From the NCBI RefSeq assembly GCF_009914755.1, contig NC_060945.1: a stretch of DNA of 64,000 bases. One strand, 5' to 3'. This DNA comes from the human T2T-CHM13v2.0 reference genome, Homo sapiens. Below, piece after piece: positions 1 to 14,938 of the stretch (position 1 is the stretch's first letter; the number at the start of each line of letters is the position of its first letter). Under the pieces are notes generated by a model that saw only the letters and a program-made list of their open reading frames with translations, had not been told where the DNA came from and searched no databases. Position numbers and translations under genes: made by a program.

Positions 1-282
1 TGCAGTGGCTCACGCTATAATCCAATCACTTTCAGAGGCAGGAGGATCACTTGAGGCCAAGAATCGGAGACCAGCCTAGGGGGCAACAAAGTAAGACCCT
101 ATCTCTACAAAAATATTTAAAAGTTAGCCAGGGGTGGTGGCACATACCTGTGGTCCTGCCTACTCAGGAGGCTGAGGCGGGAGGATCCCTTGATTCCAGG
201 AGTTCAAGGCTGCAGTGAGCTATGATCATAGGATTGCACTCCATCCTGGGTGACAGAGCGAGATGCTGTCTCTTAAAAAAAA
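1..282 (+). mobile_element. Alu SINE (AluJ-like), 5' end cut by the window
   Basis: Dimeric Alu motifs, GAGTTCAAGGCTGCAGTGAGCTATGATC and an A tail. Confidence 0.9.
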
Positions 283-931
283 GTCATTGGTGATGACTTT
301 CTTTATTGCCTTTCATTAACAAAGTAATTTCCCCATAGATGCCTCCCTCCCGCCATCTAGGACTTGTGGAGGTCGAAAATATCATGAATGAATGTTCACT
401 TTTATAAAATGTTCTTCCTGCACCACTTGTGCCTTGAGAAGCTCTGTGGAGTGCAGGGTCATTCTCAACTTTCTTGAGGAGGGGATGTCTCCACCCCCAA
501 CTCCACTGTAGGCACCCTCTTCCCTTAAGCTGCTTTAATTTTTTTTCACTTAATATTCACTCAACTATATTCTTTACAAGAAAATAAATTCCAAGGGGAC
601 AGGGACTTTTCTGCCTTACTTCTGTTTCCAAGCTTTTAGAAAAGCACCTGGCACATGGTAGGTGCTCAATAAATATTTGTGGTGATACTTATTAAGAAAT
701 GGAGTGACAAAAGGCACTGTGAATTCATTAACATTAAAAATATTTTGTCTTATTGCATGAAATTAATGCATACATATAAAAATGGTGGCATGTAAGTGTA
801 TGCGTTATTTAATCTCTGTTATAGGTTTCTGAACCCCTGGGAGTAACTCCAAGGATCAGAGATTGAGAACCACCTATATCAGGGGGAACAAGTACTAAAT
901 TGAAGTGCCGTAGACTGACTTGATTCTATTA

Positions 932-1159
932 CAGGCTGAGCATCTTTTATTTGAAATGCTTGGGGCCAGAAGTGTTTTGGATTTCAGATTATTTTGGATT
1001 TTGGAATATTTGAATTATACTTACCAATTGAGCATCCCAAATCCAAACATCTGAAATCTAAATGTTCCAATGAACCTATCATTAAAGCATCTTGTCAGTA
1101 CTCAGAAAATTTCAGATTTTGAAACATTTTGGATTTTTGGATTTGGGATGCTTAACCTG
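932..1159 (+). mobile_element. MER46A-like Tigger-family MITE, full length
   Basis: TIRs CAGGCTGAGCATC...GATGCTTAACCTG flanked by TA (930-31, 1160-61); internal TTTGGATTT repeats. Confidence 0.85.
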
Positions 1160-2145
1160 TACCTGCTAGGTAACTCTGAACAACACCACTTAATTTTCCT
1201 GAGTCTTGGTTTAATTGTGTGGCAGATGGGAGTAATAATAGCTGATTTACCTACTCGACATAGCTGAAAATAGAATGATATGTATATATGCAAATACATT
1301 TTGTAAACTACAAAGAACCATACACATATAGATTATTTTTGCTACTATAATAAAACATAGGTCTTGGGTCCGTAATCCCAGCAAAGCAGAGGACTGCTGC
1401 CTGCAGCTTTAGTCAATTTGATCACCATAGTCTATCATCACCATCATTAGAATAGAAACACTTACTCTCCCTGGGGTCTGTTGACCATCCCACGTGCGAA
1501 AAAACCCTATACAAATTTGCCCGGAATGTAGACTCCCCATTGGCCACAGTGGTAGTTTATTAGCTTCATACTGTGTGGAGTCAATGACTCATAGAAGGCA
1601 CATTTTTCACCTCTTAGCCTTGGCAGCAACGACCCGTTGCTCAAAATTTGCTAACAGGCTCCCTCAGCTATTTCCTGTTGTGTTGCAGTAACACCGCTTT
1701 TTCTTTAGGCCACATTAAATTTTAAAACACATTAGAAACATTTCATCCCTGGCCTTCCTCTTCTAGTCATTGCAAAAAAAAAAAAAAAAGTGCTGTAGCA
1801 AACATGAGGATTATGATGATTGGTTAATTTCCCTCCATTTTAACCAATGAAATGTGTTCCTTATCACTATGGTTACATAACAACTAGCTCCCACAGGTGG
1901 AATCCAGCCTCACCAAAGCACCTGGGATAGTTCATCTACTCCTGCTCACTGATTATATCTAAATCACCAATAATGACCCAAATAACTTCGTATTTTTAAA
2001 AGTTATAGAGGTTATGTTATTTTTAGCCACTTCTATTGTGAAATATACTTCCCAAACAGAAAACTGTGCAAATCAGAAATGTCTAGCTCAATGAATAGCA
2101 CGTAGATTTCCTTGCTCTTCTTCAGCTATACCCACCTAAGCATGA

Positions 2146-2494
<349 letters not shown>

Positions 2495-3104
2495 CCTGTC
2501 TGTTTTTTAAAGTATATAAATGGGATTCTGTGATATGTTTTCTCTAGTATCTGGCTTGTTTTGCACGTCATTCTGTTTATGAGGTTCATTCATGTTCATG
2601 TAACTGTGGTCCAATTTCTTCACTGCAGTGAAGTTGTTTATTATATTTTAAAAAACATTTTCATGAATCCATTTCATTGTTGATGGACAGTTGGGTTTTT
2701 TCCAGTCTAAAGCTGCTATACACACTGCTGCTGTGAAGATTGCTGTACAAGTCTCGTGCTAAAAATAGGCATGCTTTTCCGCTGAGTATCTACCTAGGAG
2801 TGGAATTACTATGAAAGAAGGAATGCACATCTTCACTTTAATAGATAATACCAAACCTCTTCCTTTAGTGACTAGAACCAAATGTATGATATGAGAGAGT
2901 CTCCATCACTCTCCATTGTCACCAGCCCCTGGCATGGATATTCCCTTTAATCTTAGCCACCTTGGTGAGTGTATTTGGAATCTCAATGTTTTTAATTTGC
3001 ACTTTTCTGATTACTTAAGAGTCTGGGCCCCTTTCCCTATATTTATTGACCATTTGAATATTGTTCTTTGCCAGGTATCTTCAAGTGTCATCCATTTCTG
3101 TCTT

Positions 3105-4090
<986 letters not shown>

Positions 4091-6226
4091 AGTGTTTTCA
4101 AAATGACATATTTCTATATCTTACAATTTTCCTGAGTTTTGGTGTTAATTAAATGTACAATTAAATCTTTTGGTTTTTAAAAATATAGATAACATCTTCC
4201 ACTGTTTAATTCTATACTGTTTTTTAAAAAGAAAACCTGAAGAGTGCAAACCTGTAGAGTAAGAAAAGGGGAGGAATGAAATTTATCTTACTCCTCCTGC
4301 CAGATGCAGTTTGGTACATCTTAACACTAAATGCTCATTTTACTGAATTCTCACTTTAAGAATGTTCCATTATATTTTAAACTCTTTATAGGCATATTGA
4401 TTTTGTGCTGAAAGAGATTAAACAGCCCTCAAGAGTTTCAAGCAAATTCTCTTAGTCAGTAAATGCATTTCCTCTTTCATTCATGTCCCAATGCCCAGTC
4501 AACATTTTTTGTGTGCCTGTATCACTTAACCAACAAAGATTTTGGAAACAATCTTTGGATAATACAATATTTGATTTCTCATAATGTGACCTGAAGATCC
4601 ACATGATTTTGTTTTTTTGTCAGCCCATGCCACCCCATGGTTTGGAGGAACCAAACCCCCAGCCTTTTGAGGGGTGAGACTCCTGGAATTTTCGTCCCGT
4701 GCCTTCGTGGGGATTTCTCCTGTATTTAGTATTTGTTCACCCGACACAGACTTGCAGAGCCTAATGCATTCCAGACACTGCGCTGAGTGCCAGGAATAAA
4801 GAAACATCTGTACCTGGTACAGTCTGGCTGGGGCAAGAAACCACCAACATGATAAGCAAATGAATGTATAATGTAACAGAACATGGGTTGTGCCCTGAAG
4901 AAAAATAAAGACTGACCAGGAAAGGGGATGGGAGTGGGGAGAAAAACCATATTAAACTGAATTATACCTTCCACCTTACCTTGTATTATGATCAAAAGAA
5001 ATCCCTCTGCTGTCCTTTCCTCCTGACACTCTTCCCACACACACACATGCACACACACACGCACATCTGTAAACCCCTGACAACAGTGGTGACGTCTATC
5101 TCACCTTTGTGCACCCCCAAAGCTGAACACAGCTATGCATGACTGACACAATTTTGTTAAACCAAAGAAAATCTTTTCATGATGTCTCCATTAATTTCAT
5201 GTGGCCAACCAGCCATTCCTGGAAGTTTCTTGAACTCTCTGGAGATCCCTTCTGCCTTTAGGCATCTTCTGTCTACTCAGCGAGTAGTTCCTGGGGCTTT
5301 CCTAATGGCATTTCTGCTTATCCGATATCTGCTGGATGTCGTTCAGAAAAATGACATTGGAGGCTGAGGCCTCAAACTTTAGCTCCATATTCTTGGTCAG
5401 GTTTCAGATTTTCACTTAAACACAGCCCTGTCTGCGATGCCAACAGACTTTAGCTCAATTTATTATCAGAGGGCGATCTGGCACTCCCATACAGCTCCGC
5501 AAATGCCTCTGACTATCTAATAACTCATCATTAAACACCACATTCCCTGAGAGGCTGTGGAGACCAGGCAGGGAGGGCCTCTCCCTTCTGAAAAAAGGAG
5601 CCCCTTCCAGGGCTCACAACAAAATGTCAAGTTTGGCAAAAGATAAAAATAGAAGTCTTTGTTTCACACTTGCAAAAAGGCTCAAACTTTCACGTGTGCT
5701 TCTGTTTATATTAAATAAAAAGCCCATTTTTCTTGGGATAAAAGCATCTTAAGAAGAGTTGTAGGGAGAAGAGACTAGGTCCTTTCTTAACCGGAATTCA
5801 ACTGATTAGACCCTGGCCAGACTCTCCAGTCAGACCCAGAAAGAGAAAACAGTGCCAATCCGAATGATTCAGCTCAATCCGTTCAAAACAACAAATCATG
5901 AAATGGCATCATGGACAGGCATGTTACGATAAGACTCTGCTAACGTGGCTTTTGCTGCAAAGTGGGAAATGGTTCTGGGAACTTACAGCTTTAATAAGAT
6001 CAAACAATGCATCAAATGGAGGTCTGAGTTGGAGATCTGGGCTTCGACCTGCAGAAATAAGAATTGAGGCCTGTTGGGTGCTTCGCTGCTGGCAGTGCTC
6101 TCTCACGTGCCCTTTCCAGCTGGCTCTCACCTGATTCTCAGACACCTCTGAGAGCTAGGTGGTGTTCTCGTGTACATGTTAGAGATGAGGAAACCCAATC
6201 TCTGACAGCTGTCTATCCACCTGTTT

Positions 6227-6594
6227 GGAAGGGGCTGAACTGTGTTCCCCCCAAGCTCATCTGTTGAAGCTTTAACCCCCAGTACTTCAAAGCATGTCTT
6301 TATTCAGAGATAGTCTTTCAAGAGATAATTAAGATGCAGTGAAGTCATTAGCGTGGGCCCTAATCCGATCTGACTGGTGTCCTAACAGGAAGAGGAGATT
6401 AGAACACAGACATGACCATGTAAGGACACAGGGAGAAGGCGGCCGTCTGTAAGCCAAGGAGGGAGGCTCAGAAGGAACGAACCCTGCTCACACCTGGATC
6501 CCAGACTTCTAGCTTCCAGGACGGAGAAAATAAATGTTGTTGAAGCCGCCTACCCTATGGTACTTTATTATGGAAGCCCTAGCACACTAATACA
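6227..6594 (+). mobile_element. MaLR solo LTR (MLT1B-like)
   Basis: GGGCCCTAATCCGATCTGACTGGTGTCCT, AAGCCAAGGA, AATAAA and terminal CTAATACA. Confidence 0.8.
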
Positions 6595-6963
6595 TTAAGG
6601 TAAGTTCTCTGAGGGCAGAATGGGGCTTTTGCTATTTCGATGAAAGTTCTTCGGATTCTGCAAAGCTGACCTCATATTCTGTGATGATTTTGGTAGAAGG
6701 CACACAGGCCACCTGCTCACTCCCTGCTCCTCTCATTCCTCCTCACTTTCCCTCCTATTTTCATCATCTTCCCTCTCCCTTTCTCCTTCTTTCACTCCAG
6801 GGGGATATGTTTGCCAACCATCTGCAAAGTGCCTACTGTGTTTCACGTAAACGCTTTTAATTTACGTAACTCATGCTATTTATCTCGTCATGATTTGACT
6901 CTTTTCCTTTTGGATAGTTTTCAAGATCAATCCTTGTTGCAAGATGAATATTTAACCTGTTAC

Positions 6964-7259
6964 TTTTTTTTTTGGAGACAAGGTCTCGCTCTGTCGCTCA
7001 GGCAGGATTGCAGTGGCATGAACACAGCTCACTGCAGCCTCAAACTCCTGGGCTCAGGTGATCCTCCCACCTCAGCCTCGCGAGTAGCTGGGACTACAGG
7101 CATGCACCACCTCACACAGCTAATTTTATTTATTTTTCTAATAGAGATGGGGTCTTGCTATGTTGCCCAGGCTGGTCTTGAACTCCTGGCCTCAAGCAAT
7201 TCTCCCACCTCAGTCTCCCAAAGAACTGGGATTACAGGTGTGGGCCACCACGCCTGGCC
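6964..7259 (-). mobile_element. AluJ
   Basis: Full dimer; TSD approximately TAACCTGTWACTT. Confidence 0.9.
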
Positions 7260-7881
7260 TAACCTGTAACTTCTAATTGACACCTCAACATTTCCGAAAA
7301 TGCCTTTATTCTGCCTGTGCACTGGATTGATAGTTTCTATAGGTGTAGAAGCCCAGGTCGAAAACCACCTTCCTGCAGAAAGCCCCATCCTCTTGTCATT
7401 CCCAGAGCGGCTGCAGGGAAAGCTACAGCCATTCTGAGTCCTGAGTCTTCATGTGTTGCCTTTTTTCTTCTCCCTGGAAGCTTGTAAAATCTTCTTCCTG
7501 TCCTCACTGCTCTGAAATTGCACAGCAACGAGGCTTCGTGTAGGTCTATTTTTATCTCTTGTACTAGGCCCTTTAGACCTGCAAGCTGGTGTTATTCATT
7601 TCTGGAAAAGTTTCTTGAATTGTATTTTAAAGACTTACCAGCTTCTCTGTTCTCTCCTCCTGGAATTCATCTGGAAGCTGCATTTCCTGGTCTGGGCCTC
7701 CAATTTCATACATTCTCTCCCTTTTCTTCTCTCTTTTCACTTTGCTCTATTTTCTAATACAATTTTCCAGCCATGCCTTCTAATCCTTGTACTGGGTCTT
7801 TCATTTTGGCTATCATGTGACTTTCCCCAAGCTTGCCCAGTGCTTGTTATTTTCCAAATGTTGCTTTTTTATGGTCTCTCA

Positions 7882-8109
7882 CTTTTTTTTTTTTCTTTTG
7901 AGACAGAGTCTTGCTCTGTCGCCCAGGCTGGAGTGCAGTGGCGCGATCTCGCTCACTGCGAGCTCCGCCTCCCGGGTTCACGCCATTCTCCTGCCTCAGC
8001 CTCCTGAGTAGCTGGGACTACAGGCGCCCACCACCACGCCCGGCTAATTTTTTGTATTTTTAGTAGAGACGGGTTTCACCGTGTTAGCTAGGATGGTCTC
8101 GATCTCCTG
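7882..8109 (-). mobile_element. 5'-truncated AluY with a perfect 12-bp TSD
   Basis: TSD TATGGTCTCTCA at 7870-81 and 8110-21; the Alu stops at ...GATCTCCTG. Confidence 0.9.
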
Positions 8110-8451
8110 TATGGTCTCTCATTCTTGATGCATAGAAGAAAACTCATCTCATCTCTCTAAAGGTGTTAACAGTAGGTGTAGTCTTGGTTTCCTCCAGGTT
8201 TCTTTTGACTTTTATTTTTACTGAGATACAGTTCACATAAGATGAAATTTGGCCTTCTTAAGGATATTCACACAGCTGTGCAACCACCACTATCATTTAT
8301 CCCAGCCTATTTTTATCACCTTAATAAGAAGCTCCATACCTGTTAATATTCATCCCCCATCTCCACCTCTCCCCAGCCCCTGGGAAGCACTAATCCATTT
8401 TTCCATGTCTATAGATTTGTCTATTCTGGAAATTTCATATAAATGACATAA

Positions 8452-8764
<313 letters not shown>

Positions 8765-9199
8765 AATTTCTGGTCTTTTGTGTCTGGCCTTCTTCACTTA
8801 GTATAGTGTTTTCAAGGTTCATCCATGTTGTAGCCTGTGTCAGTACTTCATTCCTTTTTAAGGCTGAATAATGGTCCATGGTACGAAGAGACCACATGTT
8901 GCTTATTCATGCATCTCTGGACAGACGCCTGGGTTGTTTTCCACCTGTTGGCTGTTGTGGATCGTGCTGCTGTGAACACGGGTGCACAAACTCAATGCGG
9001 ATTTGACTTGTGCTTCCCTGGTAGCTAATGGTAACAATACTCAATATCTTTTCACGGGCTTATTAGCCCAAATTGTTTTATAACTTTTTCATGTGCTTTT
9101 ACCTTTCACATTTGTTACCTCCAGCAGGTCCTTAGTGGTCAGCCAGTCCTTGGCTGCTTTGCTGTCCATTTTTTTTAAGTTGTCAAAATGGTTTTTTTC

Positions 9200-9491
9200 T
9201 TTTTTAATTTTTTAAAATTATACTTTGAGTTCTGGGATACATGTGCAGAATGTGCAGGTTTGTTATGTAGTTAAACACATGCCATGGTGGTTTTCTGCAC
9301 CCATCAACCCGTCATCTACATTAGGTATTTCTCCTAATGCTATCCCTCCCCTAGACTCCCACCCCCCAACACACCCCAGTGTGTGATGTTCCCCTCCCTG
9401 TGCCCATGTGTTCTCATTGTTCAACTCCCACTTATGAGTGAGAATATGCGGTGTTTGGTTTTCTGAAGCCATCATTCTCAGCAAATTAACA
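9200..9491 (-). mobile_element. L1PA 3' end, 5'-truncated, with a short 5' inversion
   Basis: Antisense L1PA 3' UTR (CATTAGGTATTTCTCCTAATGCTATCCCTCCCC ... GGTTTTCTG), followed by sense-oriented AAGCCATCATTCTCAGCAAATTAACA. Confidence 0.88.
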
Positions 9492-9873
<382 letters not shown>

Positions 9874-10145
9874 TAGCATGCTCTGCCTGAACCATTTATT
9901 AGGAGACTCCTGATGTAATTTTTTTTTTCTGGACCAGAGAAGATCCTTCCAGTCTGCAGCCTGGAAGGTAAATGTCTAGTTGCCATCTTAGGGAGCTCAG
10001 GGGCTCTGCATTCTGCTGTGTGTCTGCTTCCTCAACGCCCTGTTTTCTGTATAGTCCCACCTGCCATTGTGCCTGTGGTCCTCCATGCCAGCAACTGCAG
10101 TTACAGCTTCTCCAAAGAATAAATCCCCAAGTTCAGCCAGGGTAA

Positions 10146-10486
<341 letters not shown>

Positions 10487-11859
10487 CCCAAACAACTTTC
10501 ATCCCGTCCTCCTTCCTTAGGCCTCCTCCACTCCCATTTCTGGAGGCACTGGGTCCTGAACATCAATGTTCTGTCGTGCAAATCAGGCAATTTCTGCACA
10601 GCTAGTGTAGGATTTGGCTTTCTTAAATTGGCCAAGCCCAGCTCCACTATCCACCTGCACTCCAGCCTCTAAAATCTGCACCCTGTTCTCTCTTCTCCTG
10701 GTCTTCCCATCTATCCTTGGGGATTTACAACTTTAAAAAATAATCTCTTTATTGAAGATAGTCGAGTTCCCTCTTCACCACGTTTACCTAGGAGCCTTCC
10801 TAGTGATGTCTTTAATTTTCACATTGCATTCCATGTTTTACAACGATTGTCTCATGAGACAATCCTCATGAGAACCTCTGGGGAAGATGCTGTAGTCACC
10901 TCCCAGTGAAGAGGAAATTGAAACTCACAAAGTTTCAGGGAGGCATCCGCATCTGCACATGGCAATGTGGAGCTGGGACTTCAGCCCAGATGTCTGACTG
11001 CGGAGCCTGCACTAGTCCTGAACTAAACGGTGCAGTCATTGCCAGTTACTTCATGGCTAGGCTTTGCCACAGTGGCTCAGTGAAACCAGCACTTCCTCGT
11101 GCAGGGAGAGGAGGACCTGCAATGTCCAGGGTACCATGCTGATGGGCAGTGGGAAGCTGTGCCCAGTGACAGCCCTGGTCATCAGAGATAAGAGGGGACG
11201 AATGGCAGTGCAGAATTGGAAGGATGTCTTGAGCCAGCACTGTGCCAAGGCACTTAAACAGGACATGGGTAAGGGTGGGAGCATCCTCCTCCTCATGGGG
11301 GTCTGCTCAGCTCCAATGGGGGCAATAGAGAACTGCAGCTATTTGAGCATTGATGAGTACTGCTCTTGAAGATTCTGTGACTTCTATTATAACAATTTTC
11401 AATCTCTATTCCATTGAAATGCCCTCCCTACAACAATTCATAGCCAAATTGCTTCCAGAGATAATTGGTGGAGATCACAGGTTGCTAGATTGATAGCCTT
11501 TGTTAATGAATCCAGGAATCATGAAGTTTCACCTTGGAAGGGACCTGGAGACCTTCTAGACCAACATGTTTCTCTTGGGGAAACTCAGAGAGGCCAAAGG
11601 CCAGACTCAAGGTGCAAGGCTGGTAAGCAGCAGCTTTGGAACCATTTTTGTGGGGAGAGCAGGAAGATGTGGGGGAAAGATGGCTCAGGAGCCTGGAGGG
11701 GGCTTGGGGAAGGGGCCCACGAAATGCCAGCTCATGGGGCTGAGTAGGAAACCTTGCAAAGGACTAAGATCTCTCCGAAACTCCACATCTAGAGCCAATC
11801 AGGAAGATGCAGCAATGGCCACTGTGAGAAAAGGAAACCTGCAGAGGACATCTGTTATC

Positions 11860-12310
11860 GATATTTTGAAGCCCTAACTTCTGGGACCTCAGAATGTGAC
11901 CTTATTTGGAAATTGGAAATAGAATCCTTGCCAGTGAAATTACTTAAGTTGAGGTCATATGAGAAAGGGTGGGCCCTTCATCCAAGAAGATTGGTGTCTT
12001 TATAAGAAGAGAAGAAGGGACACCGACATAAAGGGAAGAGGACAGCCACGTATGTGATGATGCAGACAGAGACTAGAGGGATGAGTCTGCAAGCCAAGGA
12101 ATGCAAGGATGGCTGGCAACACCAGACGCTCAAAAGAGATAAGAAAGGATCCTTCCCTACAGTCTTCAGAAGGAGCAAGGCCCTGCTAACATGTTGATCT
12201 TGGACTTCTGGCTTCCAGAACCATAAGGGGGTTCTGGTGGTTTATGGTGCTTTGTTGCACCACCTGGTTTATGGTGCTTTGTTGCAGCAGCCCTTGGAAA
12301 GGTAATTGAA
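11860..12310 (+). mobile_element. MaLR solo LTR (MLT1C-like) with a rearranged 3' end
   Basis: ACCTCAGAATGTGACCTTATTTGGAAAT, CAAGCCAAGGAATGC and GACTTCTGGCTTCCAGAAC motifs. Confidence 0.8.
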
Positions 12311-12417
12311 TGTCCCGTGAGGTGTCATGAGGGTGTGACCTGGAATTAGCTCTGCTGCTCTGCATGGCATCACTTTTTTTGTCCTTAGTTTGATTCCCCT
12401 TATTAAAAGTAGCTGGA

Positions 12418-12799
<382 letters not shown>

Positions 12800-14215
12800 C
12801 TAACTTCCGGTGAGCACTCACATGCCTATCTCGCTGGAGTCCTATGTTCCCAGGCTTGCATCTGTCTGCCTGTTCCCCCTACGTCTCCACCCACAGAGGT
12901 AGCCGCGGCTCTGCAGCTCTGGAGCCTCAGGGCTGGAAGCAGGTGAGGGGAGGCCTTTGTTGATCCTGCTCAACCAATGCCCCTGCTGCCACATAGAAGA
13001 AACAGTGGACGTGTTTAGAAAATGATACCAAGTTTACCCCTGAAACGCAATTGCATATCCTGTGCAGGCTGAGTGAGGCAAGGTGAAACTATTGACTGGT
13101 ATCACTTGAGATAGAGCCAACTGTTCAAACTGAAACTGAAAGACAGCGTGGTCCCTCTGAGGAAAAAAGGGCAGAAGTAAAAGCACGAAATTGTCACTTG
13201 TGTAGTGGCAAACAAAAAAGAAAGAGAAAATAGGTTTCACTTATTTAAATTATAAAAGTAGTTAGTATGTGCTGATTCAAAAAACTTAAAAGATACAGAA
13301 GTGTATAAGATAGAAACAGAACTGCGTCTGCCTCCACCTCCTCCCCTGCCCACAAGCCAGCCCTCCACTTTCAGACTCCACAGAAGCAACTGTTTTAATG
13401 CGTGGTAAACATATTTAGAAGAACTTTCTCTGCTGTGCATAAAAGCATGCTCTAACATCATTTGGTTTCACTTCATTTTATTTTAAAACCACAGTATTCA
13501 ATGACTTGCTTTTCTACTCACTAGTATATTATGGGCAACTTTTCATAGCAATGAATACAGATTTATCTCAGAACGTAATCTTGAATCAATTTCAGAATAA
13601 CTCTGTGGGATACATGGGTGATTATAAATTCACAACGTGCCTTGGGGGAATATACCACCTGTTTCTATGGACGCAATTTGCAGTACATTAATTCGGCACA
13701 CCACAAAGGCTGGACGGTTATCAATAGATTGGGTCAAGAAGAGAAGTATACAAAACATTCAGCTAGCTTTAAAGCTAAGGTTTGTCACCACAAATCTATG
13801 AAGTGTCTCTTCCGTGAGTTGGAGAAAGTGATTATTAGAGAAGCCTCAATAAAGGTCAACAGTTACAGATGATTTGAAATTTTGCCAACGTAGAAAACAG
13901 TTGGAAAACCATTGGAAATTATATTTTTTATCTTGAGTCAAGTAGGAAATAAACTTAATTTACATAGTGTAAGAATGGTTGATATACAATGTAATCCTAA
14001 ATCTTAAAATTGCTGGAGATAAATCACAAAGAAAACCAAAAAGATCCAAAAAAAAAAAAGGAGTTAAAAGAGAAGATTTTATCTTCTTTCAGAGGATAAA
14101 CAATCTCAAGATTCCATAATTCTTTGAATGTCTCAGAAAAACAAAATTCGTTCAAGCTACTTCAGATATTTGGAAGAACAAAATTAATTTTCCCCACCCA
14201 GATGAATCATTCTAT

Positions 14216-14448
14216 CAGAGGTTCTCAACTGGGGGCGATTTTGCCCCCCACCCCCGGGGGACATTTGACAATGTCTGGAAACATCTTTGATTGTCACCAC
14301 TGGGGGCAAACGGTGGGAGGATGTGCTGCTAGTCTTAGTAGGTGGAGGCCAGGGATGCTGCTCAACATCCTACAACGCACGGGACGACCCCCGCCACGGA
14401 GAATGATCCGGCCTCAAATGCCAACAGTGCTGAGGCCGAGAAACTCTA
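14216..14448 (+). mobile_element. MER20 (hAT-Charlie MITE)
   Basis: CAGAGGTTCTCAACTGGGGGCGATTTTGCCCCC...GGGGACATTTGACAATGTCTGGA...GAGGCCAGGGATGCTGCT...GAGAAACTCT. Confidence 0.88.
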
Positions 14449-14886
14449 TGTGATACTTTCCTAAAGGGACTGCTTTCTGTTTCATTCTCTTATTTAATCA
14501 ACTTCACAAACACATCAGAAACATAGGTCACATCCTTTTCTTGTGAATCTAAACCAGTCTAGCTTAAAACACCCTAACCTTCCTCCAAAACAAAATAGAA
14601 GTGAACATTTTGTATGAGAGTGACTCACATGTAAAACTATGACGTGAGGATAAACAGTAATGCCCGAAACATACAGCAGGCCTTCCAGGCAGGCAAGAGA
14701 TGACTTCAGACATTGGAGGGTAGGTCACGTCTCACGCAACAAATCCAGAAACCATCCTGCAACTCACAAGAAATCTGCTTGTAGCTTGAAAAGGATTCTG
14801 AGCCAGGAGAACAAGGTTAAAATTATTTCCAACATAAAGGAAAGGAACAGGAACTTAGCCTCTTACGTGCTTAATCACCTAATAAG

Positions 14887-14938
14887 ACACACACACACTC
14901 GCACACAAATCACACACACACATACACACACACACACT
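14887..14938. repeat. Imperfect (CA)n microsatellite
   Basis: ACACACACACTCGCACACAAATCACACACACACATACACACACACAC. Confidence 0.85.
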
